Source: Mizuhopecten yessoensis
Lineage: Eukaryota
Reading direction: 5' to 3'
Assembly: GCF_002113885.1 (NCBI RefSeq)
Contig: NW_018404943.1
Coordinates: 582,363 to 646,362 of the forward strand
DNA: 64,000 nucleotides
The stretch's first letter is position 1, and every line of letters starts with the position of its first letter. This document shows, piece by piece, positions 1 through 13,300 of the stretch. Position numbers and translations under genes: made by a program. The notes below the pieces were generated by a model. It was not told the origin of the DNA and searched no databases. It saw only the letters and a list, made by a program, of their open reading frames with translations.

Positions 1-115
1 TTTATTCCTAAATTAAGTTTACGCAAAACGAGAGTGTTGACCAAATAATGCAAAAACCCGTCGTTTGTATTGACGAATAATTCGTAATTGTAACCAATGC
101 CTGATATATGCTTAC

Positions 116-196
116 TAAGCACCATAAGAATAATGGATCCGGCCACCATTATGATAGTTTGTAACGTGTCTGTGTACATCACAGCTTTTAGTCCTC
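116..196 (-). CDS. SLC5 exon 7 ([27 protein letters not shown])
   Basis: 81 nt, TTTCACAG acceptor, GTAAGC donor; GGLxAVxYTD SSF signature. Confidence 0.94.
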
Positions 197-3100
197 CTGT
201 GAAATAAAAACAAATATGGTTATGGAGCGGTGAAGCAAAACAAATTATTTTTATAATACTTTGTTATAAAATTGATGTATACACTTTGTGATCGTGACTG
301 CACTAATGTAAAATAAACAGGCAAATACAGTTGATGAAAATAACACAGCTGTAGTACACATGAAGAACATTGATTGTAAAGTAAACACGTTGGATAATGA
401 TGTAGATATAACATTGCACTGCCGTAGAGTACAAAACACGCATTCGGTTTAGTTACATTATAAAGTAAACGTTGCTGTAAAGTGAAACATAATAATATAA
501 AAAAAAAAACTGCTGTAAAGAAGAACATGAGCGCTGCTTTTATTTGATTTTTTTACTGTTAGCTCAAAGATAAGCAATGGTGTAAAATGAATCATGATAA
601 ACATCTCTAACGAGATACTAGTGTACCTACCTGAGACGGTATACAGGGTAGATATCCCTAACAGCAGGAAAACCCCGGCGTATAGGTCCCACCCTACTGC
701 CTGCTGTATAAATATGGTACCAGCATACATGTCAACCTAACAGAGAGAAATATATTTATACTTTACTGGACAAAGTTAGGTAATGGTTTGTGGAAAAGTT
801 AGATAGAAAACATATATAACATAGCACAAAACACAAGGAATATAATATACCACAATGACAACACACGATGTCACGATATGCAAGAGCGATAACACAAAAA
901 AATACCGCAATCTAAACACACAAGGGAATATACCACAGCGACAACACATACAGACACAATATACGAAAATATCAATACACAAGAACACAATAGACAACAG
1001 TGGTAACACAATATGAAAAACAACGTCACAATACAATAGGAAAATATCGCACGTCAAAACACAAGGACCAAATACACCATCCCATCAATACACATTACAT
1101 TAAATAGAATTCATATTATAACACAACACATTTTAATGAATAGAATAAATAGAGTCCTTCAATATACTATAGTATATTTCAGACATAAGTTGTCTCCATT
1201 GCAGAGAAAAACTATATGTGACATCACCCCTTTCATCAATAGACGTTAACTGTTTTTCGACATTATGCAAATAATGTCGAAAAAAAAAATATTGCAAAAT
1301 ATTGTTTGTGCAATTGTTAGAGTGTCAACTCTAATTGTGACGTCATTTGTTATATCGATTTTGTTTCTTTGTATGGGGGTAATTTTTTAGAACGGCTACG
1401 GTAATATAGACACAGCTTTTTTCTTCGACAGACTTAAACTATATACCGGACTTTATAGCGGAAAAGCATCGCCCAGTCAAACCGGTAAAATCCAAATTAC
1501 GTTGTTTACCAAAGTTCGATGTGATGATGAGCTCGCTCTCAATACAGACGAAGAAAAATGGCGAAAATTAAAATGCAGCGAAACGTTTTCGGTATACAGT
1601 ATTTTATTCTATTTGTAGTGTTTTTGATGTAGACATAAACCAGGGATTAAATGTCACTAGCAACCGAAAACTGTATATATTATACATTATCAGTGACAGG
1701 TACCATACTTACAGATATTTTGGTGAAAACATATATGAGGAGCGCTAAAACTGACATATAAATCTGGAGGCGTTGTCCACCGAACCGTCTCATCAGGTAT
1801 TCGGGTAAAGTATATACCTACAATGGAAATATACAAAAGTATAGTTTATACACAGCAGTGAAATTACTTAAATTTTTCATTTAACTACAGCCGTGATAAT
1901 ATATATGTATCGTTTACCAACAGCCGTGAAAATATAAATGCATCGTTTGTGTACAGTCGTGAAAATATATACATGTTTCGTTTACCTAAAGCTGTAAAAA
2001 CACATGCATGTACCGTTACCTACAGCTGTGAAAATATGTATATGTTTCGGTTTCCTGCAGTTGATATATCAGATTAACAGTAGAAATGTATTAGTATGAC
2101 GTACATAAGAACTGCATTGTGGGGCTAAACAAATCTGCTTTTATACCTCGTTTACCTAATAAGTTTCAAAATTATATTTTCAAACAATTTATCACAATGC
2201 CAAAAATTGATTATGAGTATCTGTTTTAGTGCGGAGTACAAATGCTGATCCGGATATCTTTTACAGTCATGTTATAGTATCCGTTTAATTTACTGGCGCC
2301 AGTGTTTTTTCTTTTAACAGATGATGTTTTTTCATTCTAACGTCGTGATATATTATGTGCTGCTCAGGGAAGAGCACATGGGACTGGTGAGCATGATCTT
2401 CATGGAGAGTATTTCATGTTGAGGACTGTTTGGCATAAAATTTCAGATCACCTGTTTCTTTAGCACAGTTAAATGATAAATTGATGCATATCAATGTTAT
2501 AGTTAGCTGGAAAGTTAATTTGGGGGATTCTTTGTTCCCACTGGTCACTCCAAATTATTCTTATATATATTTATATACCACGACAATAACTTGCCAAGAG
2601 TTTAGTATTTAAGATAAAATTAATTGAAATTGTTGTGTTGTGGTTAATTTGTGCATATTTGATAAATCACTTACAGGGAAATAAGTTTTAACGTTTACAC
2701 CTAGAATACATATGACATACCTTTAAAACGTGGTTACCTACTTGCTGCAGTATAGTTGCATGCATATTAAACGTGCATACCTACATCAGATTTAACATTC
2801 CTACATTACGAGTATACCTACATCAGATATGATATTCCTACACTGTAAGAATACCTACATTAGATTTAACATACTAATATGACAAAAATACATACACTTA
2901 ACGTGTTTATCTCCGTGTACATGTACCCAAATCACCCGATCGTACACGTAACCAAATTGAACCCTGCAGCGATGTTAAGCTTTTAACACGTGCTGCTTAT
3001 ATTGAACAAGATTATACTTTTTTTCATGAGAATGTATATAACGTTCTTTGTAACTTGTATAAATGTATTCAGACAAGCGACTATTATCATAACTGTACAA

Positions 3101-6100
3101 AACAATTTTTCAGTACACTAAAATATCACATTATTGTTCATAGTAATAATTCAACGAAACTTTTGTATGCTTGTAAATCTTGATTGTTTCAACCAAAGAG
3201 AAACACAATTTAGTATGTTTAATAAAAATGCTATCGAAAATTCAAAAAAAAAAAAGGATCAATGTGATTCTTTCTGCTAAAATGCGTAAAATCACTTTAG
3301 CGCATTGACGGACTGCAAAACGATATAAAAACAATGCACGTGCACCTTACGACAATATGTAAACAGGTTATTTATTGTTGAATGGTATGCACTCGTGACC
3401 AGTGGCTACTTTCCGATGCTAAAACGCTGATTGAGACTAAATCAGAATTATGCTCCTCTATCAAAGCACTGTGTGCTTTACAAATAGATGCATTCTGAGT
3501 TGTGCATCACATTGATAACAGTTAAAAGGTGTATGAACACATTCAAGAATGGTAAGGATGTCATAAAAGAAGACACACGGCCGGGCAGGTCAGGTGTTGC
3601 AGTATCAAAGCAGAACATTGCTGCTGTGATAGCAATAATTAAGGATGATGGTCGTTATGATGTTTCTGAGGTTTTGTATGCTAATTTTTGAAAGTTTGGT
3701 GGACCTGTGATTCAAATACAGTACAAGGAATGGAAAAGCATCACTGCCACGTTTTATATAGACTGATCAAAAGATCAGAAATAACAAAACGTTCAAGTAA
3801 AGGGTTGAATGGCATCTTGCTAATGTCCTCCTGCAATGCTTGATATTGACCAACCACCCTATTCACCAGATCTAAGTCCCTAATTCCAAACTTCCTTTAC
3901 CAACGAAATGCTCTCTGGGAAATGGTATGCCGCTAAGAGTTCTTTGGGTAGTGCCATTTTTCAAGTGTCTTGTCAGTATGCCAAGAGGGAAACTACAGCG
4001 TAGCGTTTATGTCATGGGTAGCGCGATTGCGAAAGTTTGCTTCCGCCAAGGGGTTTAATCGAAGGAATGTAATAGAAAGATTAAACCGTGAACATCATAC
4101 ATGTGGTTCCTGGCACTAGTAAGTGAGGTTACTGAATGGCCCTCGTACTTGGATTTTCTGGCGGCGTTCCATTTAGTCTTTGTACAATTGTCTGATTCAT
4201 TTTCAATATATCATATAGTTTTGTACTACATTACTGTTATAACATACCCCACTAGAAATGTAGATTGGTACGAAAAACCACCCCAGCAGCAGCAGGCAGA
4301 ACAGTCCCTGTAAGCAAGACAAAATTACGTTATACAAAAATAATGGCAGAATCCTGTTAAATGAAACAAATGTCCGGAATGTATATACGATGGTATAATA
4401 ACCCTGTATAATAAGGCACTTGAATATTTTTTAAATATAATGGTGGAACAGTCCCTGTAAGACAAATGTACGTAATGTAGAACAGACATTGTAAGACACT
4501 TATATGTAAAGAGATAATGATGGTAGAAATGATCCAGTAAGTAAGACACAATTCCGTGATGGTTAATTGATGATAGAGAATACCCTGCTAGATAGAGTCA
4601 TCTTCGTAATATACATGTGACGATACAACAGATCCAGTTAGGATAGCACATATTTGTTATGACAAAGTATAGTAGACATGAGATAACTCCGAAAACAAAA
4701 CTTGACTTTTGAAATACCCTTATAATTTGTCATTGCAAACTATATTACCGGTTCATGTTTCCTATACCAAAATAAGCGAGCGTAAGAAATACGGAGAAAG
4801 GAAGCACTCTCGTTGGTAGCTGAAGAAATAAAAATAGTTAACAGCGAACAGGACCGGTGCCTACAAAACCCTTCACAATGATACAGATTTACAGCTTTAA
4901 GCTACAATGGATAATTTATGTTTAAAGAAGTATTTCATGTCAATCATGCTCGATCGATTCTAGTTTATCAGACGACAGGTAATCTCGGCAACTGATAACT
5001 TATATGCACCAATATTGTAAAGATACTGCTATGTTAGACGCTTTTGTATTCTCTATATACATAACGCTTTCCTTACAGCAAGGCTATGCTCCATAGTGAC
5101 AAAAATATGTTAGCATGTGTTACATTGTTATCGTAACGATGGGACCTACCTTAGACGGATATATAAACATGTATGCCTACTCCACATAAAACTCAACGCA
5201 AATATAGAGTTGAACAAGGCCATCATAAGATGACAATTTATTATGATTACATCATGACACCAACTATGAAAATGATGTTAACTGTCAATTTACATCCTTA
5301 GGTGGGGATTCGAAAGAATTACGCCACGCCAACACATATATATTTAGATCACAAAACAAACAATAATAAAGGGTGGCATGCAAGGTGGGTTTTTCAATAA
5401 GGCAAATTTGGTATAAATTTCTGAAAAGATGCTGCCACAAAATGGCGCCTTTCTTAAACCTATCAATAACCTCAAAACAACAGAGGCACCAAGAAGGGGG
5501 CAGAGGCACCCTAAGGGGCCTATGTTCGTAGCAATCTTTTAACAATACCCGTCAAAGAGTATAATAGAGGGTGTATGTGTCGCGACATAAAAACAGCTAT
5601 GCATATAGCTTGCATATAGGATACTGTAGGTATCTTACATACGCTGATCTGTGTAGATAGGGATGGAATGGGGATATTTAAAGTTTATATTTATAGAAAG
5701 AAGAAAAGAGTATTTACCGAAAATATTTGTATAGAATTTATTACTTCTATTTACATTTGTATATTCTTTGTATATGTTTATATGATTTCTTTATTTTGTT
5801 TATTTTACTTTTTTACTGATTTTCATTAAGTTACTGGTTAAAAGACTATATTAAGCTACATTTAAATTCTAACCTTTCAGTAAATACATCACCATGCCAT
5901 TAGTTTAACATTTGCGTTCATTTAGTTTTGAAATAACATATGATATAGTGTATAGTGTTGATTTTGTTTACGAAATGTCGCAATATATCAGCAAAATCCT
6001 TTTTCTCAATGCTGTTTACACAAGTTGTCATGTGGGCACACATTAATCTCTCGATTTGTGATAGAAAACATCGAGTGTTCAATATTGTAGCATGTTTTTA

Positions 6101-9100
6101 TTGTTTTATAACATGCATTGTGATAGAAAGGACCAACATATGATTGAGCTGATTAGTATTAAATCTTTGAATATATAAATAATAACACACTTAAGTTATC
6201 CCTTATACTAATAGTGATTGATACATGCTTGAAGTACGCAAACACATTCACAATATTTACTACTGATCAGCGATTAAAAAGTAGACCGGCAGTGCTTTTT
6301 TTCAATGAGGAAATCATAATTTTTGATTAAGGGAATAAAACGATTTATTTCCACATTTTTATACTATTAAATCGGTACTTTCTAACTGCATGACAGTATT
6401 CATAAAGTATAGATTTCGATCTAGGACACTCCAGTGTTACTGCTATTGGTGACCCTTACCATGACTTAACAAGAAACATCATCACTTGTGCCACATGTGG
6501 TGCAAAAAAAAACCACCAAAAAAAATCAATCTGCCTCGATTTCATGGTTTTGTAAGGCGATTACCGCAATACGTAAAATACATTCAGCGTAGATTAATAC
6601 TAGAACTCATTGCTGTTTGATGTACACGAACAAAAATGAATTTTGAAGAAAACAAATTGCACGAAGCTTTGCTGAGTGCTTAACTTCAAAATTCTTCTCC
6701 CCATTGCTTATGTTTCTCTCACACTTTATAACCTTAAAAATACTCCAAACTAGTGATGGTTAATTCGAATGAACCACGCCTTCATCAATGGCGCATGAAA
6801 ATTGAGTGACAAATATTATGACGTAATTTATGTAGATATTGTTACGCTGCAGAAAGTGATTACGCGATAGTAGAGTTATCTTTTCCTAAGCAAAATCGGG
6901 AATGTGAAGTGTGGAAGGTTAAAGCATGTCTAGCAGAAAAGATTAAGAAGATCTTTGTGAGATACCATAACCTATCAGTTCTAAACGACTCGTGAGTCTC
7001 TATGGAGGTCAGATAACGAAATCAAAATCTGCTTATCATCTTAAAATGAAAAAGGGAATTGCAATTTTGTGTTTGTTTTATGAATTTCTGTCTTTATAAA
7101 AATGGAATTATATCGAAAGCTAAAAATGTGTGAAAATCGCTTCAGTGACTATCTATACATTGCAATATTGTTTACAACACATATTATTGCAAATGATCTA
7201 GAAATGATTCATTTCATTTAGCGAAAGTAAGAAAGTATGATATGTTTTTTAAAGATTCACATTTATTAAAATACCATAAAGGTTAATAAATGTTAAACGC
7301 ATTATACTGCAGTAACGTTATAAATGTCGTATCAATAAAAACGATCATGAAAGTATATGACCAAGAAAATGCCGTCAAAAGCCGACAACCCATTGATAGA
7401 CGGACGGATGGATGGACAAACATCTAGTTTAACATCTAGTCGACTTATACATTTAAGTACATATATGCAGATGAAGTGCCCTTTTTATGAAGAATGATAA
7501 ATACTTTAATACATATAAAATTTGCAATGTTTATAATTTTTAAAAGGAAACTGATGAAATTCCATTGATATAGTACCCCGGCAACAATTATTGACAAATA
7601 AAAAATACATCAAATGTAGAACATCCATTCAAACATGTTTGTGAATATGACGATAATATGTAGGAATAGTTTTTGTACCGGTAAACTGACTATGACTTGC
7701 TTGTAACTTACATTCAATTCGTAACTAGCAACAGCAATGCCATTGGCTGCCCCTGTTCCTGCCAATCCCACGAAACTCCCGCTGCCAATGTTACTGGAGA
7801 AGAGTGAAGCACCTATCTATAATAAAAAAAAACGTGCGGTTTTATCTTCAGCTGAAATGCCTTAAAAAATTGAACACAGCTACAACTAAATTTCGGAAAT
7901 TAAACCTCGTCTTTTGACTTATGGCACGTTGTTCTTTGGCTTATTTAATTCATGTTTCGAGAACTATTACTTTCATAAAAATAAAACTACATTAAGCATA
8001 CAGGAGTGTGTTTATGTGCATAAGTATCAATCACACGTTTTTGTAAAATATTACAATATATGTGTGGTGTTGTGGATAGATTTATATACGGTTACTAGAA
8101 TACGAGTGTTGTGTTTGTTCACGTCGTGATAAATCTGTATTTCTTACTTAAGTTCAACTTCTAGTTGGCAGTGCACCTAGCTGGCTTAAGGTTACATAGG
8201 TATATAAATAAGCGACAAGGATCTAAACACCATAACGACACCAGTGATCAGGCTATCTAATTCCTATTCTGCTTTTCGTATCCTTATATAAAACTTTCAA
8301 TTTCAGAATTTTGGGAACTGTCTTAAAATTTGTAATATAGCTTGTACCTTTGTTTATCGGTGCTCAAATTCGCAAGTCATATAAGTAATTGATATCGGTA
8401 AAGAATTACAATATTTTTGAAAATAAGCTAGCTGAAAGGTTTGCGTATATTTATCATCAAGCTAGCTAGGCTTCGGCTATGGGGGCGTTGTTTGATTTAA
8501 TACCAAGTTAGGGACAAGGAACGAGATGAGTTTGTTTGATGTATATTTAGTTTTACTTCTGGTTGTTTGTATAAGCATACACCTCACCGCAAACCAGAGC
8601 ATATCCCGTCCTGCTAGAAAATAACCGCTGACACTGCCTCGCTCCGTCCTGAGTGTGGCCTGTAAAGATGGAAGTCACTGAATAATATAGACATACACAC
8701 GCTCGAACACGGGGTCAGTGAAACCTTCATGAATATAAATGACAAATTAAATACTGTTCATTGAGACATGATTAATTATATTATGGCAGTACATGAGCTA
8801 CGGATTAAGTATAAGATCAAAGTGATCGAATGGGCAAAGTAAACAACATTTTGCAAAATGTACCGTATATAAATTGCAATATAAACATAGACAAAAACTT
8901 TCTTAACAACAACATGCATGAAAACGAAAGTTTAAATCACTGAAGATGTTCCACGCTTACACAACACACATGGAGGCACGTCCTTAAATTACCTTAGCTG
9001 TTAATAGGACGTTAAACAATATAAAACCAAACCGATTCATTGTCAACACACAATACTTTATATGTACATATTCTCAAACTACCTCTTTGCCATTGTGTAT

Positions 9101-10494
9101 CTATTTTGTATAAAATCACTTCTTCCCAAAACACTTGGAAAAGGTCATAACATTTGAAAGCCCCTTTTCTGATCTATTTAATAAAAATATCGTACGTGTT
9201 ACGTTGAATGATTTAAAAATGATTGATTGGTTATGGAGTGGGTTTTTTTGTCATAATAACGCTTCAAACTACTCGGTGAATACCATATAATCAAGCGCTC
9301 ACGTGAGTTCGATGGTGAAATGTACATTGCATTTACAAATGAAATTTTATTGTCACTTTTTAGCATACCAGTATAAAATGTATCGTTAATATATATGTGT
9401 CATTGAGTGAATTGTATTGAAGGTGATTCATAAACATTTTTCCGTCGTCAAGAAATAAAAACAATAATATTGAGAAAAATAATTTCTTTTACCATCCGGA
9501 AACTAAATCTTTCAAATTTTTTTTATCACAATATATCATAGACAACATAAGTGTGGTGATGATGGATAACATTATCAATACTATTGGTACCATATAATTT
9601 CGTACGTAATACCAAACCTCCAAAAAATGTCAGATAATAAATCAACGTTACTTTAGCATGTGCTTATATATATATTTTGCTAAACATTTTCATAACATGG
9701 ATTTGATAAGTATAACACACTGCCTCGTCTCTGTAATATTAACAGAATTAAAAGAGAAGTGTATTTATAGCGATGCCTTCTGCGAACGATGTGCACCTAT
9801 CTTGTGTGTATCTCATACAGACTAACGTTTTGAGGCATATAACTACACAACCAGGATGCAGGTGTGTTCACCTACGGGATATATCTATTTACTTAAAAGA
9901 ATTTCATCGGCAGGTGATCTTTACATATCAGTTGCAATAAATTTGAAAGATGGTGATAAAAATGCATTTACACTCAGACACACCACAGCAGCAATTCACA
10001 AAAACAACCCAAGAACTCGCAGTCGACACGGCTGAACCAAAATATAAACCAGAATGCATCATTGCGAAAATAGGGCATTATAGATCCTTCACCAACAAAC
10101 ATAAAGCGATATATATATATCAAGACAAATTATTTCAATAACTATATTTGGCCATGTGTGCTGTACGTTCACACTCTCAGACAGGCATTATAAAAGTTAT
10201 GGTCTTCACCATTTTCCTTATGGTTGGCGAAGCAATCCCCTTATCCCAAGATGGCTACAATATGTATTGAACAAAACTACTATTGTACATATACTTTTAG
10301 GTTTACATGAGCTACGTTTATGTTTCGTAACATTTTTGGGGGACAAATTTCGTTAAAATCAGATTGTTTAGTTACACAAAACTTACCCATACTCCTGTAG
10401 CTAGGCAGAAAAGAAGATAGACGACAATAACGATGATGTCTATTGTCCCTAAGCTTGCTGATGAGAAGGCCGACGCTGTTGTATTAGATGACAT
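116..10494 (-). CDS. SLC5 family sodium:glucose/myo-inositol cotransporter-like gene (SGLT/SMIT type), coding exons 1-7; 3' part continues beyond the left edge of the window
   Basis: Seven GT-AG bounded exons (10387-10494, 8588-8659, 7712-7816, 4248-4307, 1713-1817, 631-736, 116-196) splice in frame to [10 protein letters not shown]...[39 protein letters not shown]...[17 protein letters not shown]...[13 protein letters not shown], diagnostic SSF/SLC5 motifs. Confidence 0.95.
631..736 (-). CDS. SLC5 exon 6 ([36 protein letters not shown])
   Basis: 106 nt, overlapping ORF 458..730; donor GTAGGT, phase 1. Confidence 0.95.
1713..1817 (-). CDS. SLC5 exon 5 ([35 protein letters not shown])
   Basis: 105 nt, AG/GTAAGT; PEYLxxRFGG motif. 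Confidence 0.95.
1880..2060. repeat. Degenerate ~35-40 bp tandem repeat (TACAGCYGTGAAAATATA...TCGTTTACC)
   Basis: About five imperfect units visible in SLC5 intron 4. Confidence 0.55.
3420..4147 (+). mobile_element. Degenerate Tc1/mariner (mariner-type) transposon relic in SLC5 intron 4
   Basis: ORF 3488-3691 resembles the mariner HTH-linker (F.NG...ED.RPGR...NIAAV...I..D.R); 3851-3880 encodes [10 protein letters not shown] (mariner YSPDLAP motif); ends ...TGAATGGCCCTCGTA, like a mariner right TIR + TA. Left TIR not found. Confidence 0.75.
4248..4307 (-). CDS. SLC5 exon 4 ([20 protein letters not shown])
   Basis: 60 nt, CTTACAG acceptor, GTATGT donor; LGWxFVPIY motif. Confidence 0.93.
7712..7816 (-). 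CDS. SLC5 exon 3 ([35 protein letters not shown])
   Basis: 105 nt, AG/GTAAGT boundaries; ASLFxSNIGS motif. Confidence 0.95.
8588..8659 (-). CDS. SLC5 exon 2 ([24 protein letters not shown])
   Basis: 72 nt, acceptor TTTACAG, donor GTGAGG; GYFLAGR motif. Confidence 0.93.
8960..9032 (+). mobile_element. 3' tail fragment of SINE (same family as 31980-32472)
   Basis: GTCCTTAAATTACCTTAGCTGTTAATAGGACGTTAAACAA..AAACCAAACC matches the tail at 32418-32472 and 16410-16458. Confidence 0.6.
10387..10494 (-). CDS. SLC5 coding exon 1 ([36 protein letters not shown])
   Basis: ATG at 10494-10492, 108 nt, donor GTAAGT; DIxVIVVY-type first TM of SGLT proteins. Confidence 0.88.
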
Positions 10495-11569
10495 CGTTGT
10501 TGGATCTATGTTCCCGTTTTAGCCAAGTTTCTGTATCGTATTGAAAGAAATAGTTATACTACTGTTAATTCAACTGCCATAGCTTCGAGATCGTATAGTA
10601 TATCTAAACGTGGCATGATAAATCTGTACTGTGTGTTTAGTACACAATGCGTTGTCAGGCATCCAGCGTAGTGGCCTACCTTCGTTACATTAGACAGGTA
10701 ACCGCTGTCTTCTTATACGGGCTACTCTCATCACGTGTCTATGTAGCGAGGTTCACTCGCCTTATAAACCAGTGTACATACGATGTGAGCACGTATCCCG
10801 TAAGACTGATAACATACACACTATGGTCCCGATCATCATTGTAGCATCCGAATACAACGGTACGATTTAACACATCTTTGCAATACACATTAATAATTTA
10901 TTGCATATTCTGTAGGGTACATTTGATGTAAAGTAGATTACAATTCAACAGTAGAAAACATAAGATCTTACTTCAAACTGACAAGCACTGTGTCAACTAT
11001 AGCCACAGGAAGCAAAACTACATACTTCGTCTTGACCTTGCCATACGCTTGATATCCCCGGGTTAAATATGCATTATGATTCCCGTTATAAAAAAGAAAG
11101 ACGCGATTATGTTTGTTTGTTTGTTCGTTTGTTTGTTAAACGGCCAATCGACAACTATAATCATTTAGAGACTGAATAATCTTTTTAAGATGGAGCAGAT
11201 AAAAACTCGTTTGTGTTGCAATCTTTATCAAGATAAGCTTATAAAACGCAGATAGTGCACGGTGGTCAAATAACAAAATTTAGTTAAAATTATCGTGTGA
11301 AAATTGAAAGGGAAAGATATTATCCATGAATGCTGTAAAAAAATGAAAAATAGACCAATGCCATTTACGTAAAAATGAAGTAATGCCTCAAAGTGTACAG
11401 AAGTAAAACGTTTGACCAATAATGAGCCGAGAGAGGACACACTTTTAAATGGCCCCACTTTTAAAGACAAAGTAAGCGAAGTTAGATTTTTTATATTAAC
11501 TTTAAAACAACTTAAAATCTTTAATGATACTATAGCTAGATACTGAGAAATTGACAACAGCCAATGTCT

Positions 11570-13300
11570 ATAGAAATGGTCGTGGGCAAAACCGATGGTA
11601 CAGCTTCAGCAGAGAAAATGGAATCAAATTGAAGTGAAATGGTGAGCAGAACAGCAGACTGCTGCTACTCTTTAGTCATCTTTGGAACCTTTAGTGCAAA
11701 GCTATGCATGAGCAGGGAAACTCCGGAAAGGAGGATTGGTATTATTCGGGGAGCGCACTGGATATTAGCAGCTCATGCAATGCAAATTAAACACCATGTG
11801 TTTGCATAGGCTTATAGTCCAAGGTGGAACATCCAATATGTTGTATTCAGCTATGTTAATTCAAATGTATGTCATGCAGGTAAATGGACATTTTGGTAGC
11901 AAATGTCGGTGGGAGTTTTTGATTTCGTGGGAGTGTGTTCCAGTATTTTTGGTTCAAGACTGTGTTAAAGGCAGGCATTTTTATTTGATTTCAGATTGGA
12001 AGCAAACTGTAAGGTCAGTATTTTACTTCGGTCGTTAAGATAAGGTTCATTCGCTTCCATTTACAAGGAAGTTCACTGGTGTTATTCGAAAATCGAACCC
12101 TTGATTATTGATGTCACTGTCTGCATCCCAATCAGTATAAGAGATGACTCGGAGAATTGTTCAGACGCTTTATATGTAGAATTAGTCTCAATTTATTTCC
12201 TGGAAATAAACATATTTGTGTAAGAGAGCTACCATAGCCTTCAATGTCAAAGGAATGATATACTTTGTCTTTGCAAACTATATTGTAGAAGCTGGCTCCT
12301 GTTCGTCATATGTAGGATAGTCCTTTGCCTTAATCCTGTACAATTGCCTACATATGCTACATTGTGTACTGACCGGCATGAATATCTAATGACATATTTC
12401 ATTTGAACACGGTACATCAATGTTCTCTCCCTAGGGAGATGCACGTGAGGACAGTGGATGTAATTGTCATACCATATTTGGTCAGGGGCCCAATCAACAC
12501 TCTACACGCATCCTCTGAACCAATCAGCGTAGCGCGCACACTATTGGAGAGATTCAGACAGCGTCCCGTGACCATCTTTCTGAAATTATTTCTGCTGTAA
12601 GTCCATGATAGTTTGTGTCTCTTCAGTTTTATTATTTTGGCGCTTTTTGCCTTAAAATCCAATCCTGTTCCTCACTGCGTATTTTGGACTCGAGACGGTG
12701 CTATTATTTTTCCTTATTGCAATGGTGATTTTTGATGTCTCCTTATTTGGAATTCAAATGATTCATTGCTATTCTACTGTATTCATAATGTTCTTTGTAT
12801 TTCTGCTGTATTCATAATACTAATTGTATTTCTGCTGTATTCATAAAACTCATTGTATGTCTGCTGTGTTCATAATACTCATTGTATTTCTGATGTATTC
12901 ATAGCATATAATACGTAATACAAAATGACAACAAAACCAAACATCTCATCTGTACAATCCAGGATCATTAATAACTGATTATCATACTTGTTAGCTGGTA
13001 GTGTCACAATTGTACTTGACCATGTAACAATAACCAGATCCTTAGTTATTTTTTTTCTAAGATAACACTGCCAACAGAACAAGCTTCAGTCTCTGAACAT
13101 GTAACCATGCAGAAATAAAAGACATGTTCGAAGAAAAAAATAACCCAGTAAAGGTTTGCTCAACAGCTGGAATTCTTATGCCATTACAAGTACGAGATAT
13201 TGGACAATGTATGGTTTTCGTTTTTAACAGAACTGCTTGCATACGGTTTTTGTTTTAGAGAATTTGAAGCCGTTTTCGTCTACCCACATTTTCATCGTTG
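11570..13300 (-). mobile_element. Highly degenerate RNase H-bearing non-LTR retrotransposon (I group; Nimb/Ingi-like) relic, interrupted at ~12200-13060
   Basis: Minus-strand fragments in expected order: WVDENGFKFSKTKTVC..FC / IPAVEQT.F.GLFF...MSFI (RT end, ~13300-13100), ILRVISYTDWDADS (~12160-12115), VPPW (~11830), LCTKGSKD and DSIFSAEA (RNase H-like, ~11700-11600). Confidence 0.6.
12762..12905. repeat. 29-bp minisatellite (TTCTGCTGTATTCATAATACTCATTGTAT), ~5 copies
   Basis: Direct tandem periodicity; abuts the left edge of the tandem duplication. Confidence 0.8.

Noticed and set aside
220-1057. Hydrophobic ORFs 220-528, 251-439 and 776-1057
   Set aside because: Intronic low-complexity (CA/TG-rich) sequence of the SLC5 gene; only 631-736 is a real exon.
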